IMG/VR virus record: IMGVR_UViG_3300047491_001507
Source: a virus
Length of the DNA stretch: 64,000 nucleotides
Reading direction: 5' to 3' (one strand)
The position numbers and the translations under genes are program-made. The notes below the pieces were generated by a model. The model saw only the letters and a program-made list of their open reading frames with translations, searched no databases and was not told where the DNA came from. Below are positions 52,785 to 62,899 of this stretch, piece after piece. Within the stretch, counting starts at the first letter, position 1. The number at the start of each line of letters is the position of its first letter.

Positions 52785-55700
52785 TTACTTGCTATATTGA
52801 TCAGCGGTATAGCTGTTAATGTCTGACAATGGCAAGTCCATTCTTCCATTTAATGTTCCCATTGCCTTGCTCGAAATCTTCGATTGTTTTCCAAATCCTC
52901 TCTTCTGTCTTGATGGGTGAATAACTTCAGAATTATTATTTGATGCTATTAGACTGCTAATATTTTTTAATTCATCTAATATCATAGACAAACTTCTTGC
53001 TTGTATATTAGTTAAATAATCTTCGATTGTGCTATTAAATAAGCCACTATTTTGGGATTTACTCTCTTCAATTTTTCTTTGTTCTAAACGTTGTTCTGCT
53101 GTAGATTTATCGATCAATACTGGATTGACAGTGTTCTTTACTTCATCTGTGTAATCTATGTTGTTTGCTCGTATTTGTCCTGTGGTTATAGGAGCATTTG
53201 GAGAAACACGGTTCAAATCAGTTACAATGTTTCTATTCTCGGCAACGCCTTCTTTTTCTTTAAGTACATCGGCATTTGCATTAACTACGTCCCTTAATTG
53301 ATTTGTACCAAAGATACTGCCTCCTGATAACGCATCAATTATTCCTAATCCAGTCATGCCTTTAAATGTTTCAGTAAGAATAAATTTGTTTACTTCTGCT
53401 ACAGTGCCAATTAGTGAGCCGCTTTTTTCTAACAAACCACCACGATCTGCTTTTAGAGCTTTTTCGGCCAACATAACAAACAGCATTTGTTCTAATATTT
53501 TTTCGACATGAACATCATGAACATAAAAGCTTCCAGGTTTGGTTCCAGGCTTTAATGATTCATTGATTTCTTTGATGTTATTTTGTTCTTTAATGTTTGC
53601 TTGTTGTTCAGCCTGAGGTTTCTCGCTAGGCTTCATTCCTAACCATTTGCCAAGTCTTGAATTGGCAAACCAATCATGAATGCTGTCCCATAGCGAAGTG
53701 AATTTCTTGCCAAATGATTTGAAATAACCAACAGATTTAACAATGAAATTTGTGAGAGATTCAACAATGCCATTGTAAAAATTGCTAATTCCATCACTAA
53801 TTGCAACACCAAAGTTTTTAGCACCAGTAAAGACAGAAGCAGCTAATTCTCCTGCTGATTTGGAAAGCCATGAAACGCCTTCAGAAATTTTATCTGCTAA
53901 ATAACTGGCTCCTTGATTAACTAATATCCATGATCCAGAAGCTATTTCTGAGGTTGCATCTTTTACTGAACTGCCAAAACTACGCAATGCACCGCCAATT
54001 GTAGATTCTTCATCTGTGGCCAATTTATAAAGTTCAGCACCAGCCCCAACAACTGCACCTACTCCTGCTCCTACAGCAGTTCCTATGCCAGGAAGAATAA
54101 ACGAACCAATAGCGGCTCCAGTCATAGCTCCTGTTCCAGCAGCCCCTGCAATTCCCATTGCTTCATCTGCTGTGCTTCCTTTTTCTATGCCCAACCACGA
54201 ACTAAACATAGAGCCTTTTCCAGCACCTCCTGTTAATGCTCCGAGAATTGTTCCTTCAACTTTGCCTCGACCTTCTTTTTCAGCTTCCATATAGCCTACG
54301 GCACCACCAATCAAAGGTGCTAGCCATCCGGCTATTTTGCCTGTCATTTTTAACAAACCTCCTGCTTTACCTAGCAATGAAGTAGCTTTACCAGCCATTT
54401 TTGTCGCATTAACAACCGCAGTAGCTTCTTCGGCGGCAGCAGCGGCGATTTTGGCCTCATCAGCAAGTTTAACAGCGGCATTAGTAGCTTTAGCAAGAGC
54501 AGCCATATCTCCACTGGCAGCAGCAGCATCAACAGCAGCATCAGCAGCTTTTGCAGCGGCAGCAGCTTTTTCAGCAGCAGAAGTGGCTTTAGCAATATCA
54601 ACAGCAGTATCAGCAACTTTGGCGGCATCAGCAACTCCACTGGCTGCATTAGCTACAGTCGTACCACCCTTCCACGCAGTGTAGATGCTGCGACCAATGT
54701 CTAGTGCCCATTTTCCTGCTTTGAAAAGGAGAAATGCCTCTAACATATATGCCAATGTATTGCTGATTATATAAAGAGGCATAACAGCAGCACCAATCAT
54801 TTTGCCTAAATAGGTGTCGTCCCCACCAACCTTTTTCAAAGCCTCAAACATTCCTCCTGTAAAGAAATTATGCCACTCTCTTAACTGTTCTCTTATGTCT
54901 GAGATATTATCTTGCATGGATTTTTCTTTGACATTAGACTTCTCTTGTATATTTGACATAACTGTCAGAGCGTCTGTCATTTTTGCAGAATCTTTAGAAG
55001 CTAATGCATCTCTAAGTTCTTGTTCGCCAGAATACCCTTGTGATTGTAGTTCTTTCGCAAAATCAACTTTAGCTTCTGTTGCTTGTTCTTTTAATTTGTC
55101 AATTGCTGATTGTGCAGCAATTGCTGCATTTTGAGGATCTTGAAATCGTGCTGCTTTATCTTTTCCTAAAACATTCTCTAATTGTGCTTTTTTAACTTCA
55201 TCTGATAATTCATTGTTGGCAAGAGTCTTATATGCTTCAAAGTATTGTCTGTTTTCTTCGTTTCTAAGTTTCTTTCTTAATTCATTAGTAGCATTAGCCT
55301 TTCCACGACCCGCTGCTATTTCTTTATCTATTTGAGTTTGTAAATTACCAACTCTTTCATGAATTGGTTTCGACAATTCCTCCATCTCCTTGGAAGCTTT
55401 CATCATATTCTCATAAACACCAATGGGTATGCCCATCATATCTTCAAAAGCTTTAGCAATTGTGCCTGCTTCAAAATCTTTGCCAGCTTTTCTTAATTCA
55501 TCTAGCTTTTCATTCAATTTTGTCATGTCCAATTTATCAATAGGACCTAGTAAATCTGCAAAACCACTCAAAGATTGTCTGCCTGCAACTTGCATGCCTT
55601 GATTAAAGTTTCTCACTGAACCAGCATCTTTTAAAGCACTGCCGCTAATCATCTTTTCATACATTCTGGGATCGCCAGATCCTGCGGCCACTCTGGACAT

Positions 55701-56846
55701 GAATCTAAATGTTTCTGGAGATGCATTGTAAAAAGCTTTTCTGCTAGATAATGCACTGAGTAAATTAGCTCCTTCTTCTCCAACTCCATATTTTTCCATC
55801 GATACCATCATACTTTGTATGTTTTTATGGGTATCTGCGGAATAAGAACCAGCTTTCTGGAAGCTTTTCGCTAAACTTTCAGAAGATTTAATAGCTCTTT
55901 CTAGTCTTTCGCCTGTTACTCCTGTGGATCTAGCAATAAATTGCATATGATGACCCATTGAAACGAGGTCTAATGTGGCTAAGCCTAAGTGCATATGCCA
56001 ATCCATAAACATTTCACTGGTTGAACCCAAATTCATGTTTAACATTTTGGCAGTGTTTAAAGCCGTAGTGGTCATCTTCGTGGTTCTTCGTAGCCCCATG
56101 TCAGACAATTTCATCTGTTTTTCTTGTAATGTTAGATTTCTTTTCGTGCCATTTTCTACAATTTTAAACTGATCCACATAAGCTTTGTCTTGTTGGGATG
56201 TTAAATCCAAGCCTCGTTCTATATTTTTTGTTTGTTCTATGTAGAATTTTTCTGCTACAACCCCTGATGCCGAAATGGCTGAATCTAATCCAGCAAAATA
56301 AGAATCTTCCATTTTACGGTTTTCTTTGCCATAACCTCTTGTTTCGAATACGATTTCTCGGATTCTTTCACGATAAAAATTTGCTTCTTTCCAAGCAGGA
56401 GCGATACTTCCAATGCCAATATCTAATTGATTGGACACATCTTTAACAAAGTTGGTCATTGCTAATAATGTTGTTTTGGTAATGGCTCCAAATTTAGCCC
56501 ATTTACTACTTCCTGCTAATTTAGATAGGTCCATGCCACCTTCACCACCTGAAGGTTTTGCTGTTCCTTTTTTGATAATTTTGTTTGCGGCATCTCTGGC
56601 TTTTTCACTTGCTGCACCTATAGCGTTTCTAGATTCTCTTTCTGCTGCTGCTCGATCTGCATTTAGATCTTCACCCAATCTACGACTTACTACTTCTAAT
56701 ATTTTGACGATTTTCTCTAATTTTTCATCTGACTTTTGAGAATCTCTTGTTTCTACTATTCTTACAGGGACAACTAGATTATCAGCAATATCTTGGATAG
56801 TTACATTATATTCCCTGTTAAATAAATCTTTTACTGTTTGAAACAT
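52785..56846 (-). CDS. tail tape measure protein
   Basis: 1353 aa of largely helical, coiled-coil sequence. It has an Ala-rich repeat block (AAEKAAAAAKAADAAVDAAAASGDMAALAKA) and Gly-rich TM-like segments (GAGVGAVVGAG). Confidence 0.7.
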   Translation of the reverse strand: MFQTVKDLFNREYNVTIQDIADNLVVPVRIVETRDSQKSDEKLEKIVKILEVVSRRLGEDLNADRAAAERESRNAIGAASEKARDAANKIIKKGTAKPSGGEGGMDLSKLAGSSKWAKFGAITKTTLLAMTNFVKDVSNQLDIGIGSIAPAWKEANFYRERIREIVFETRGYGKENRKMEDSYFAGLDSAISASGVVAEKFYIEQTKNIERGLDLTSQQDKAYVDQFKIVENGTKRNLTLQEKQMKLSDMGLRRTTKMTTTALNTAKMLNMNLGSTSEMFMDWHMHLGLATLDLVSMGHHMQFIARSTGVTGERLERAIKSSESLAKSFQKAGSYSADTHKNIQSMMVSMEKYGVGEEGANLLSALSSRKAFYNASPETFRFMSRVAAGSGDPRMYEKMISGSALKDAGSVRNFNQGMQVAGRQSLSGFADLLGPIDKLDMTKLNEKLDELRKAGKDFEAGTIAKAFEDMMGIPIGVYENMMKASKEMEELSKPIHERVGNLQTQIDKEIAAGRGKANATNELRKKLRNEENRQYFEAYKTLANNELSDEVKKAQLENVLGKDKAARFQDPQNAAIAAQSAIDKLKEQATEAKVDFAKELQSQGYSGEQELRDALASKDSAKMTDALTVMSNIQEKSNVKEKSMQDNISDIREQLREWHNFFTGGMFEALKKVGGDDTYLGKMIGAAVMPLYIISNTLAYMLEAFLLFKAGKWALDIGRSIYTAWKGGTTVANAASGVADAAKVADTAVDIAKATSAAEKAAAAAKAADAAVDAAAASGDMAALAKATNAAVKLADEAKIAAAAAEEATAVVNATKMAGKATSLLGKAGGLLKMTGKIAGWLAPLIGGAVGYMEAEKEGRGKVEGTILGALTGGAGKGSMFSSWLGIEKGSTADEAMGIAGAAGTGAMTGAAIGSFILPGIGTAVGAGVGAVVGAGAELYKLATDEESTIGGALRSFGSSVKDATSEIASGSWILVNQGASYLADKISEGVSWLSKSAGELAASVFTGAKNFGVAISDGISNFYNGIVESLTNFIVKSVGYFKSFGKKFTSLWDSIHDWFANSRLGKWLGMKPSEKPQAEQQANIKEQNNIKEINESLKPGTKPGSFYVHDVHVEKILEQMLFVMLAEKALKADRGGLLEKSGSLIGTVAEVNKFILTETFKGMTGLGIIDALSGGSIFGTNQLRDVVNANADVLKEKEGVAENRNIVTDLNRVSPNAPITTGQIRANNIDYTDEVKNTVNPVLIDKSTAEQRLEQRKIEESKSQNSGLFNSTIEDYLTNIQARSLSMILDELKNISSLIASNNNSEVIHPSRQKRGFGKQSKISSKAMGTLNGRMDLPLSDINSYTADQYSK

Positions 56847-56882
56847 TCTTACCGCCGATATAATCTAGTGCAGATTATATAT

Positions 56883-57479
56883 TTATCTCATGTCCGCAGC
56901 TAATTGTTGCATACTTCCAACTTTTTGTCCAAATTGACGTTGTTGAGATTTGCTCAATTTTGCACGCCAATCTTCATATGATGTCATTTCGTTTGCTTTA
57001 GCTTGCAGCCTTTGTTGTATTTGTTTTTGTATTGTTAATTTGATTTGTTCTAATTCTCCAGGTGAAAAAGTACGAACACTTTTTAAAACCTGTAATAAAA
57101 AAGGCGAGTCTAACTTCTTTGGGGTGACAATACCCCCTCTTACATACATCCTGATTGCATATCGCAAAGGCATATACAATCTGCTTTTTTTAATTGCAGC
57201 CCAGCTAAATCCTGAGTTGCCTCCCCAATAAGTCAATAAACTTTGAATCTCTTGGTATCTAAGATAATGTAAGTTTACTCCACAAACATACTTAGACCAA
57301 ATATTTGTAATTAAAATTACTGGATAAGGGTCATGAATTATATTAGGAATAATCGCCCAACTACGAGGATAATGAAAAGAAATCAACGAACCACGACCTA
57401 TTTCTTTTACACTTGCCCCATATTGATTGGCGGCTATCCTTTGTATAGGATTAAAATCTTCAAATAAACCAGGCATCAA
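56883..57479 (-). CDS. hypothetical protein, a candidate tail assembly chaperone by position
   Basis: 198 aa immediately upstream of the tape measure gene. Confidence 0.25.
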   Translation of the reverse strand: MMPGLFEDFNPIQRIAANQYGASVKEIGRGSLISFHYPRSWAIIPNIIHDPYPVILITNIWSKYVCGVNLHYLRYQEIQSLLTYWGGNSGFSWAAIKKSRLYMPLRYAIRMYVRGGIVTPKKLDSPFLLQVLKSVRTFSPGELEQIKLTIQKQIQQRLQAKANEMTSYEDWRAKLSKSQQRQFGQKVGSMQQLAADMR

Positions 57480-57512
57480 TATTATTTAGTTTAAATTACA
57501 AAAATCTGTATA
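57480..57512 (+). promoter_or_regulatory. putative promoter with an extended -10 (TGtATAAAT)
   Basis: ctgTATAAAT lies 21 nt upstream of the AGGAG Shine-Dalgarno site of the plus-strand gene at 57533. A weak -35 (TTTAAA or TTAGTT) lies upstream. Confidence 0.3.
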
Positions 57513-57532
57513 AATATATCAGGAGCATTATT

Positions 57533-57823
57533 ATGAAGACTTATACTGAATGGCTAAATTCTCAAAACGAAACCATGGGAACATCTCCTGTTGTATCTTT
57601 TTTACAGAAAATCAAACAAACATATGGCCTTTCAGGTCTCAAAATAATGCAAAGCATGCGATTCACTGGATTAGAAGCCGTGGCCAGTCAATTTCATGTT
57701 TCTTTAGAAGAAGCAAAAGCAGCTAAAGAAGCAGGATATGTTAATAGACAGGCAGACAATCATTACACAATAGATCTTGCCAAAATTCTAGGAGCCATGA
57801 AGACCCTTGGACTAATTGCGTGA
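57533..57823 (+). CDS. hypothetical protein, a plus-strand insertion inside the minus-strand tail operon
   Basis: 96 aa with a strong Shine-Dalgarno site (AGGAG). Confidence 0.4.
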   Translation: MKTYTEWLNSQNETMGTSPVVSFLQKIKQTYGLSGLKIMQSMRFTGLEAVASQFHVSLEEAKAAKEAGYVNRQADNHYTIDLAKILGAMKTLGLIA

Positions 57824-58348
57824 ATGAATTAAAGAACTATAATCTGTTCCTGTACTTCTAATTAAAACGTTTCCTGCTGAATCTTTGTCTAATATGTGCC
57901 TACGTTCATCTCTTTCTGCTTTATGGCTATCCTCAAAAAACTTTCGCATTTCCAGACACATTGCTTTAATAACTTTTTCTCCAGCCTTTTTTCGACTTAT
58001 ATTATCGCTTAAATAGCTATCAAACATTTCTTGAACAGGAAGCGGATAGGCCGCACCATAAGGATGGGTCTTGCTTTCCTTTTGCACTCTGAAGGCAATT
58101 TGATCGCCTATTTTGTAAATGCGAACTCCCCGAAAATCACCTGCATTCATTGGAGAATAACAAAATATATAAGGATCACTATCGCTATCATGCAAGAAAT
58201 TTTCAGTCTTAAAGCCGCCTTCATCTAACACATTCTTCAAAAGACCTAGTTGATGAATTGCCTCACGCTTTTTCTTGTCTACAAATGAACCAAAACTATT
58301 TTTTCTCATTATTCTCTCCGGTTTTTTTGAACTTCTTTTTGGGAACAC
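57812..58348 (-). CDS. hypothetical protein, a candidate tail tube by position and size
   Basis: 178 aa located upstream of the tape measure and chaperone genes. No diagnostic motif was recognised. Confidence 0.2.
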   Translation of the reverse strand: MFPKRSSKKPERIMRKNSFGSFVDKKKREAIHQLGLLKNVLDEGGFKTENFLHDSDSDPYIFCYSPMNAGDFRGVRIYKIGDQIAFRVQKESKTHPYGAAYPLPVQEMFDSYLSDNISRKKAGEKVIKAMCLEMRKFFEDSHKAERDERRHILDKDSAGNVLIRSTGTDYSSLIHSRN

Positions 58349-58458
58349 ATTTCTTGGGATTTAATTTAGAATTCTTAATTACTCCAATTATACCTCGCAC
58401 TCCCTCTTTAAAATTTCGCTCCGCTAAATACTCGCTAAATGTTTTAAACATAATTCTC

Positions 58459-59745
58459 CTAGCAATTTCTCAATATAATTTCTGAAGTACTAGGAACACA
58501 TCTTTGCACTCTAAGTAAATCACTGGGATTGCCTTGCCATAATGTTTCTTTGAATACAATCCCTTGTAATGAAACGGCAGCTTCTTTCACCAAAGATAAT
58601 GGAGCAGATAAATAAAGCACTCCATCTCGATGGCTTATAAATTCTAGCTCTTCCAATTCCGTTTTTCCTGATTTACTTAAACTATCTGACTCCTTCACAT
58701 AATAAATATCCATATTTGGAATCGGAATTATCGAGCCTTCTTCATTAACAAATGCTTCTCTTTCGTCATTGTCGCTTGTTCGGACTACTAATTTACCATC
58801 CAAAAATGCTGCCTTTAAAGAATTGCCTAAATCCCAGCCCAAATGATGTATTGTTCCATCAGGACTTACAACATTGATAATGAATGCTCGTTCCATAAAA
58901 TGTTCGGCTATTGATTCAATAACAATACGACGACGTAATACGTCTCGTTCTTCAGGACTTCCTCCTTCTAAACGTTCCAATTCGGCATTCTTTAAAAACT
59001 TCTCAGGATCATCTTCTGTTAAATACCAACGGCCAAGATTGACATCCCCCCATTTGGTATTAAATCGAGTAGACATCCGAATTGAATAATCTGTCTCTTC
59101 AAACACTAGATCCTCATTCTGACCACCGCTTCCTACTTGCACTGAACCGGTTAAGGCAGCAATGAATTTTCGATGACAATCGCCCTTTGCTCCACCTAGT
59201 CCAATGAATTTAATGTATATTTCATTAAGCAATGGACTACGTTCCAAAACTGCTGTAATATGATTTACTACAGAGGTTGCGGGATTAGTCCTATCGAAAT
59301 CTTTCTTGATCAACTTGCGAATTTCAGAAGAGGCTTCAAAAATATTTGCATTTTGACGCAAGAAACAAATGTCCAGATTATCTTCTACAAATTTTCGAGG
59401 ATATGGTTCTAATTCATTATCTCGTATATGTAAAATTGCATTGATTAATTTGTTAGGATCACCTTTGATGGATTCCTTGACAAATTTCATCTTCCATGTC
59501 TCAAAATCGTTTGGTCGTTCTTTCTCCTCAGGCATATCTGGAACTTGAGGATCTTGACTTATATCTTCCTGTCCTTGTGGATCTACCGACATATCTATAG
59601 GTCCCATTTCGGACTGTCCCATCGGATTCTGATTTATCCCTGGCTGGCCCATGGGAGGACCGCCCGCTGGTACATCAGGTTGTCCCCCCATTGGAGGGAT
59701 GTCTTGTTCAAACAACCATTGATCGGTATTAATTCGATTACTCAT
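58459..59745 (-). CDS. hypothetical virion protein, a candidate tail sheath by position and size
   Basis: 428 aa. The N-terminus is Pro/Met/Gly-rich low complexity (GGQPDVPAGGPPMGQPGINQNPMGQ). The body is globular. Confidence 0.25.
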   Translation of the reverse strand: MSNRINTDQWLFEQDIPPMGGQPDVPAGGPPMGQPGINQNPMGQSEMGPIDMSVDPQGQEDISQDPQVPDMPEEKERPNDFETWKMKFVKESIKGDPNKLINAILHIRDNELEPYPRKFVEDNLDICFLRQNANIFEASSEIRKLIKKDFDRTNPATSVVNHITAVLERSPLLNEIYIKFIGLGGAKGDCHRKFIAALTGSVQVGSGGQNEDLVFEETDYSIRMSTRFNTKWGDVNLGRWYLTEDDPEKFLKNAELERLEGGSPEERDVLRRRIVIESIAEHFMERAFIINVVSPDGTIHHLGWDLGNSLKAAFLDGKLVVRTSDNDEREAFVNEEGSIIPIPNMDIYYVKESDSLSKSGKTELEELEFISHRDGVLYLSAPLSLVKEAAVSLQGIVFKETLWQGNPSDLLRVQRCVPSTSEIILRNC

Positions 59746-60230
59746 GTTTTACCTTTCTGTGCTAATTTGCTAATGGACTTAATCATTTCACGTTTGCTGC
59801 CTTCGATTACAACTTTGGTATTATGTTGTTGTGCTAAATAACGAGGAAATGTATCTCGATCTTTTAGCTTTAATCGAGTCATCAATTCTGCTATTTTTGT
59901 CATTTTATCAGCGATATCGCTTTTAATTTTCAGCAAATTCACCATTGCTTCTTTGCTAGCAGAACTTGCATCTCCGTCATTAATAACCATTTCTGCGATA
60001 TTTGACAGAAGATCATCTGCATTTACTCGATCTTGTCTGCAATTATTTAGAACTTCATTGTATACATTTACAAGAGTATCATCACTTATAATGCATTCCT
60101 TTTCCTGATCCATAATAGCTGTTGGTGGTTCTACTTTAGGAATTAATTGCCCGATATCAAAATCAGGAAGATTTTCTATTGGACTTGAATTTACAGAAAT
60201 TTCCTCTGTTAATACTTCTTTTTTTGACAT
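59742..60230 (-). CDS. hypothetical protein
   Basis: 162 aa. Its stop overlaps the next gene start. Confidence 0.35.
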   Translation of the reverse strand: MSKKEVLTEEISVNSSPIENLPDFDIGQLIPKVEPPTAIMDQEKECIISDDTLVNVYNEVLNNCRQDRVNADDLLSNIAEMVINDGDASSASKEAMVNLLKIKSDIADKMTKIAELMTRLKLKDRDTFPRYLAQQHNTKVVIEGSKREMIKSISKLAQKGKT

Positions 60231-60294
60231 TAATATCTCCCAATAATCTATTTATGATCTTGCTACATTAAATATATTATCTACGAGGCAAAAT

Positions 60295-60615
60295 ATGGAT
60301 GAATGTAACATTAGAACTGATGAGCGCATTAAAGTGCTACAAGATAAAAATAGGCAGTTAGAAGAAATTCTTGCTGATATTTCTCAAAATAAACAAAACA
60401 TTTTAGCGAAATTGTTGGTTATTGAAGAAACCACTCATGAATTGCACGAAGATATGAAAGCTCTTGAAAAGAGAATTATTATTCTTGAGTCAGACAACAA
60501 CAAAAACAGAGATCGTTGGAATAACATAATCAGTTTAATTATGCAAATTATCTGGGTGCTTTTGGCTGCTTGGCTACTTAGCAAACTTAATTTACAACCC
60601 CCAATTATTTCATAA
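60295..60615 (+). CDS. small coiled-coil protein with a C-terminal TM helix (holin or spanin-like topology)
   Basis: 106 aa. A heptad-rich N-terminus is followed by IISLIMQIIWVLLAAWLLSKL. A GAGG Shine-Dalgarno site precedes the start. Confidence 0.35.
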   Translation: MDECNIRTDERIKVLQDKNRQLEEILADISQNKQNILAKLLVIEETTHELHEDMKALEKRIIILESDNNKNRDRWNNIISLIMQIIWVLLAAWLLSKLNLQPPIIS

Positions 60616-60650
60616 TTTCACTTGATTTGCATAAATAACTAAGGATTAAA

Positions 60651-62111
60651 TTGGAGAAAATTATGTTCAAAAAGTTTAGTGATTATAAACGCTCTAAAGA
60701 TCAACTCAATGAAGCTTCTGAGACTAACGGCAAAAAATCTGAAAACGATCTAGGATTAGGAGCCAAAATTACTCTAGGAGATAATAATGACTATCTCCCC
60801 TTTGAAGTTAGTGATGATCCTAAAAGTGAATCTTATGGAAAAAACAAAAATTTAGCTCCAATCATCAGAGCCTTTAAAGATGGAGCAAATTGGGGCTGGT
60901 CTCGTGATGATAAAAACGGCAACGATAAGCCTGTTAAAATTGGCAGTAAAAAACTTTACCTTGCTGGTGGAGCCGTTCGCTCTCATCTTAAAGGTGAAAA
61001 ACCAAGAAATATCGAACTTGTTACCAATGCCTCGCCTGATGAAGTGTATCACATTCTGAAACAAAATGATTTTAATTATCTTAAGGACGAAGAGCCAAAA
61101 GCAGCAAAAGGAAAGAATTTCTGGATTACTAAAACAAATAAAAATGGAAGACCCTTCGCTTTTGGCGTACAAGTAAATGAAGATGAATTTGAATTAGAAG
61201 TTTTCCGAAAAACTCCTCGTGGCATCGAGCACGATAGTGATGATCCAGAACCAGGAACACACAAAGACGATGCTTCAGGACGAGACTTCACCATCAATTC
61301 TATGTACATTCTGCTAAGCAATGACAATGGTCCCAATAAAGAACTAGTTGATTTTCATAGTGGAATTCATGATCTTAAAAATAAAAAAGTCACACCTATC
61401 GGCGGAATGAAAGCACTTGACGAACATCCTTCCAGAGTGATTCGCATGATTCGTTTCATGCATGCTGATGGTGATCCCAAAAAATTAACAGACGATGAAA
61501 AAGAATCCATCAAAAATGCTTCTAAAAATCTTAAGAAAGTAGACAAGAAATACATGATGAAAGAGTTCAGAAAGGGCTTTAAAGGCGACACCCGAAAATA
61601 CCTCAGTCTAGCTTCTGATCTAGGTATTACTGACAGCCTTTTCCCTGGAAAATTCTTTGATTCTAAATTGCCTAAGGAACTTTCTGAAATTGAAGATGCA
61701 GATATGCCTTTGGCTTATGCTTTACGGCTCAATAATCCTGATCATTTACGGGGATTAGATCTTGACAATTTAAATAAAATTCTGGTACTCATTAAATTGC
61801 TTAATTTGAAGTCTTTGGATCAGAACAATCTTGATGATCTTACCAATTGTTACAATCAAAGCGATATTTCTACCAGAAAGCTACAAGATTGGGCTCTTAA
61901 AATTGGAAATGTCGATCCTAAATTAGTTCAAGGCTTTATTGCACATTGTCGATCACCTAGAGTTAAAGTCTCTTTCAGTGATCAGGGCAAAGATAAAGTT
62001 CATGACGATTTTGCTGATCTTATTGATCCCTTTAATGGGGAATTAGATGATGAAAGAGCTAAAAGTCGTCGTAAAGAAATTGAATATCGAAATTTCCTCA
62101 GCAAACTATAA
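60651..62111 (+). CDS. CCA-adding/poly(A) polymerase-family nucleotidyltransferase with substituted catalytic carboxylates
   Basis: The head-domain motif KLYLAGGAVRSHLKGEKPRNIELVTNASPDEVYHIL corresponds to GGaVRDxLLg...DiDlat, but NIE replaces DxD. GRDFTINSMYI matches the RRDFTINAla motif. A GGAG Shine-Dalgarno site precedes the start. Confidence 0.55.
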   Translation: MEKIMFKKFSDYKRSKDQLNEASETNGKKSENDLGLGAKITLGDNNDYLPFEVSDDPKSESYGKNKNLAPIIRAFKDGANWGWSRDDKNGNDKPVKIGSKKLYLAGGAVRSHLKGEKPRNIELVTNASPDEVYHILKQNDFNYLKDEEPKAAKGKNFWITKTNKNGRPFAFGVQVNEDEFELEVFRKTPRGIEHDSDDPEPGTHKDDASGRDFTINSMYILLSNDNGPNKELVDFHSGIHDLKNKKVTPIGGMKALDEHPSRVIRMIRFMHADGDPKKLTDDEKESIKNASKNLKKVDKKYMMKEFRKGFKGDTRKYLSLASDLGITDSLFPGKFFDSKLPKELSEIEDADMPLAYALRLNNPDHLRGLDLDNLNKILVLIKLLNLKSLDQNNLDDLTNCYNQSDISTRKLQDWALKIGNVDPKLVQGFIAHCRSPRVKVSFSDQGKDKVHDDFADLIDPFNGELDDERAKSRRKEIEYRNFLSKL

Positions 62112-62194
62112 TTTCAATCTTGCTTAACATTTTTCTATTTGTTACATTGAAAAATGATCGGCACTGTTATATATTATAGAAGCGAGGTTATAAA

Positions 62195-62896
62195 ATGCGT
62201 AAAGCTGCACTTTATGTCCATGGCCGTGTCGTGATCGCTGACAGTCACATGCTCGCTTATCAACAGCTTACTCATCATGAAAAAGAATCGCATATTACCA
62301 GTGGCGTCTTCGATTCAAGTACCAAAGAATTTGAAAGCGATTTGCCTGAAGAACATTTCTATAACATTGAATGTGTTCTAATTCGTCATGGTCATGTGAC
62401 TGATTCTAATGAGCCTGATGCTCCCCTTTCTCCAGTCGGCATTCAAAAAGTCAATGAACTCTGCAAAACCTTGAAGAATTTTGATTTCAAAGATTTTACT
62501 GGCATTACCAGTCCTTTATTGAGGTGTCTTCAAACCTCTCTAATTATTTATGAAAAATTGCACATAGATTTTAAGACTCAAGCTTCCCTTATGGAATTAC
62601 CTTGGTTTTTAAATCAAAAAAAACAATATCGATTGCAAAATCATAAACTTAAATTTCCCCAATTTTCCTGGGAATCTAATGATGACTTTATTATAAATTA
62701 TGAATCTAATGAGGATTTTCTGGAAAGAACAAAACTGGCCTTGCAAAATTTTCAATCAAAAGTTATAGTTATTACTCATTACGGTTTTATTGTTAATGCT
62801 ATTCGATTGGCTCTTTGTAAAGAAAAAGTGGTTTCTGATATTGCTCCAGCCAGTCTTACTTATATTAACAACCAAGATCTCATGTATCAAGGATAA
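62195..62896 (+). CDS. histidine phosphatase superfamily (phosphoglycerate-mutase-like) protein
   Basis: ECVLIRHGHVTD carries the RHG catalytic motif. A GAGGT Shine-Dalgarno site precedes the start. Confidence 0.5.
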   Translation: MRKAALYVHGRVVIADSHMLAYQQLTHHEKESHITSGVFDSSTKEFESDLPEEHFYNIECVLIRHGHVTDSNEPDAPLSPVGIQKVNELCKTLKNFDFKDFTGITSPLLRCLQTSLIIYEKLHIDFKTQASLMELPWFLNQKKQYRLQNHKLKFPQFSWESNDDFIINYESNEDFLERTKLALQNFQSKVIVITHYGFIVNAIRLALCKEKVVSDIAPASLTYINNQDLMYQG

Positions 62897-62899
62897 TTT

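Noticed and set aside
54337-54684. Ala-rich plus-strand ORF and Leu-rich minus-strand ORF inside the tape measure gene
   Set aside because: They are alternative frames of the GCAGCAGC Ala-repeat region of the tape measure protein. There are no Shine-Dalgarno sites and they are fully embedded in a well-supported long ORF.
56857-56880. AT-only 9-bp hairpin (ATATAATCT-agtgc-AGATTATAT) upstream of the tape measure start
   Set aside because: An all-A/T stem has negligible stability and no T-tract follows. It more likely reflects an AT-rich ribosome-binding or promoter context than a terminator.
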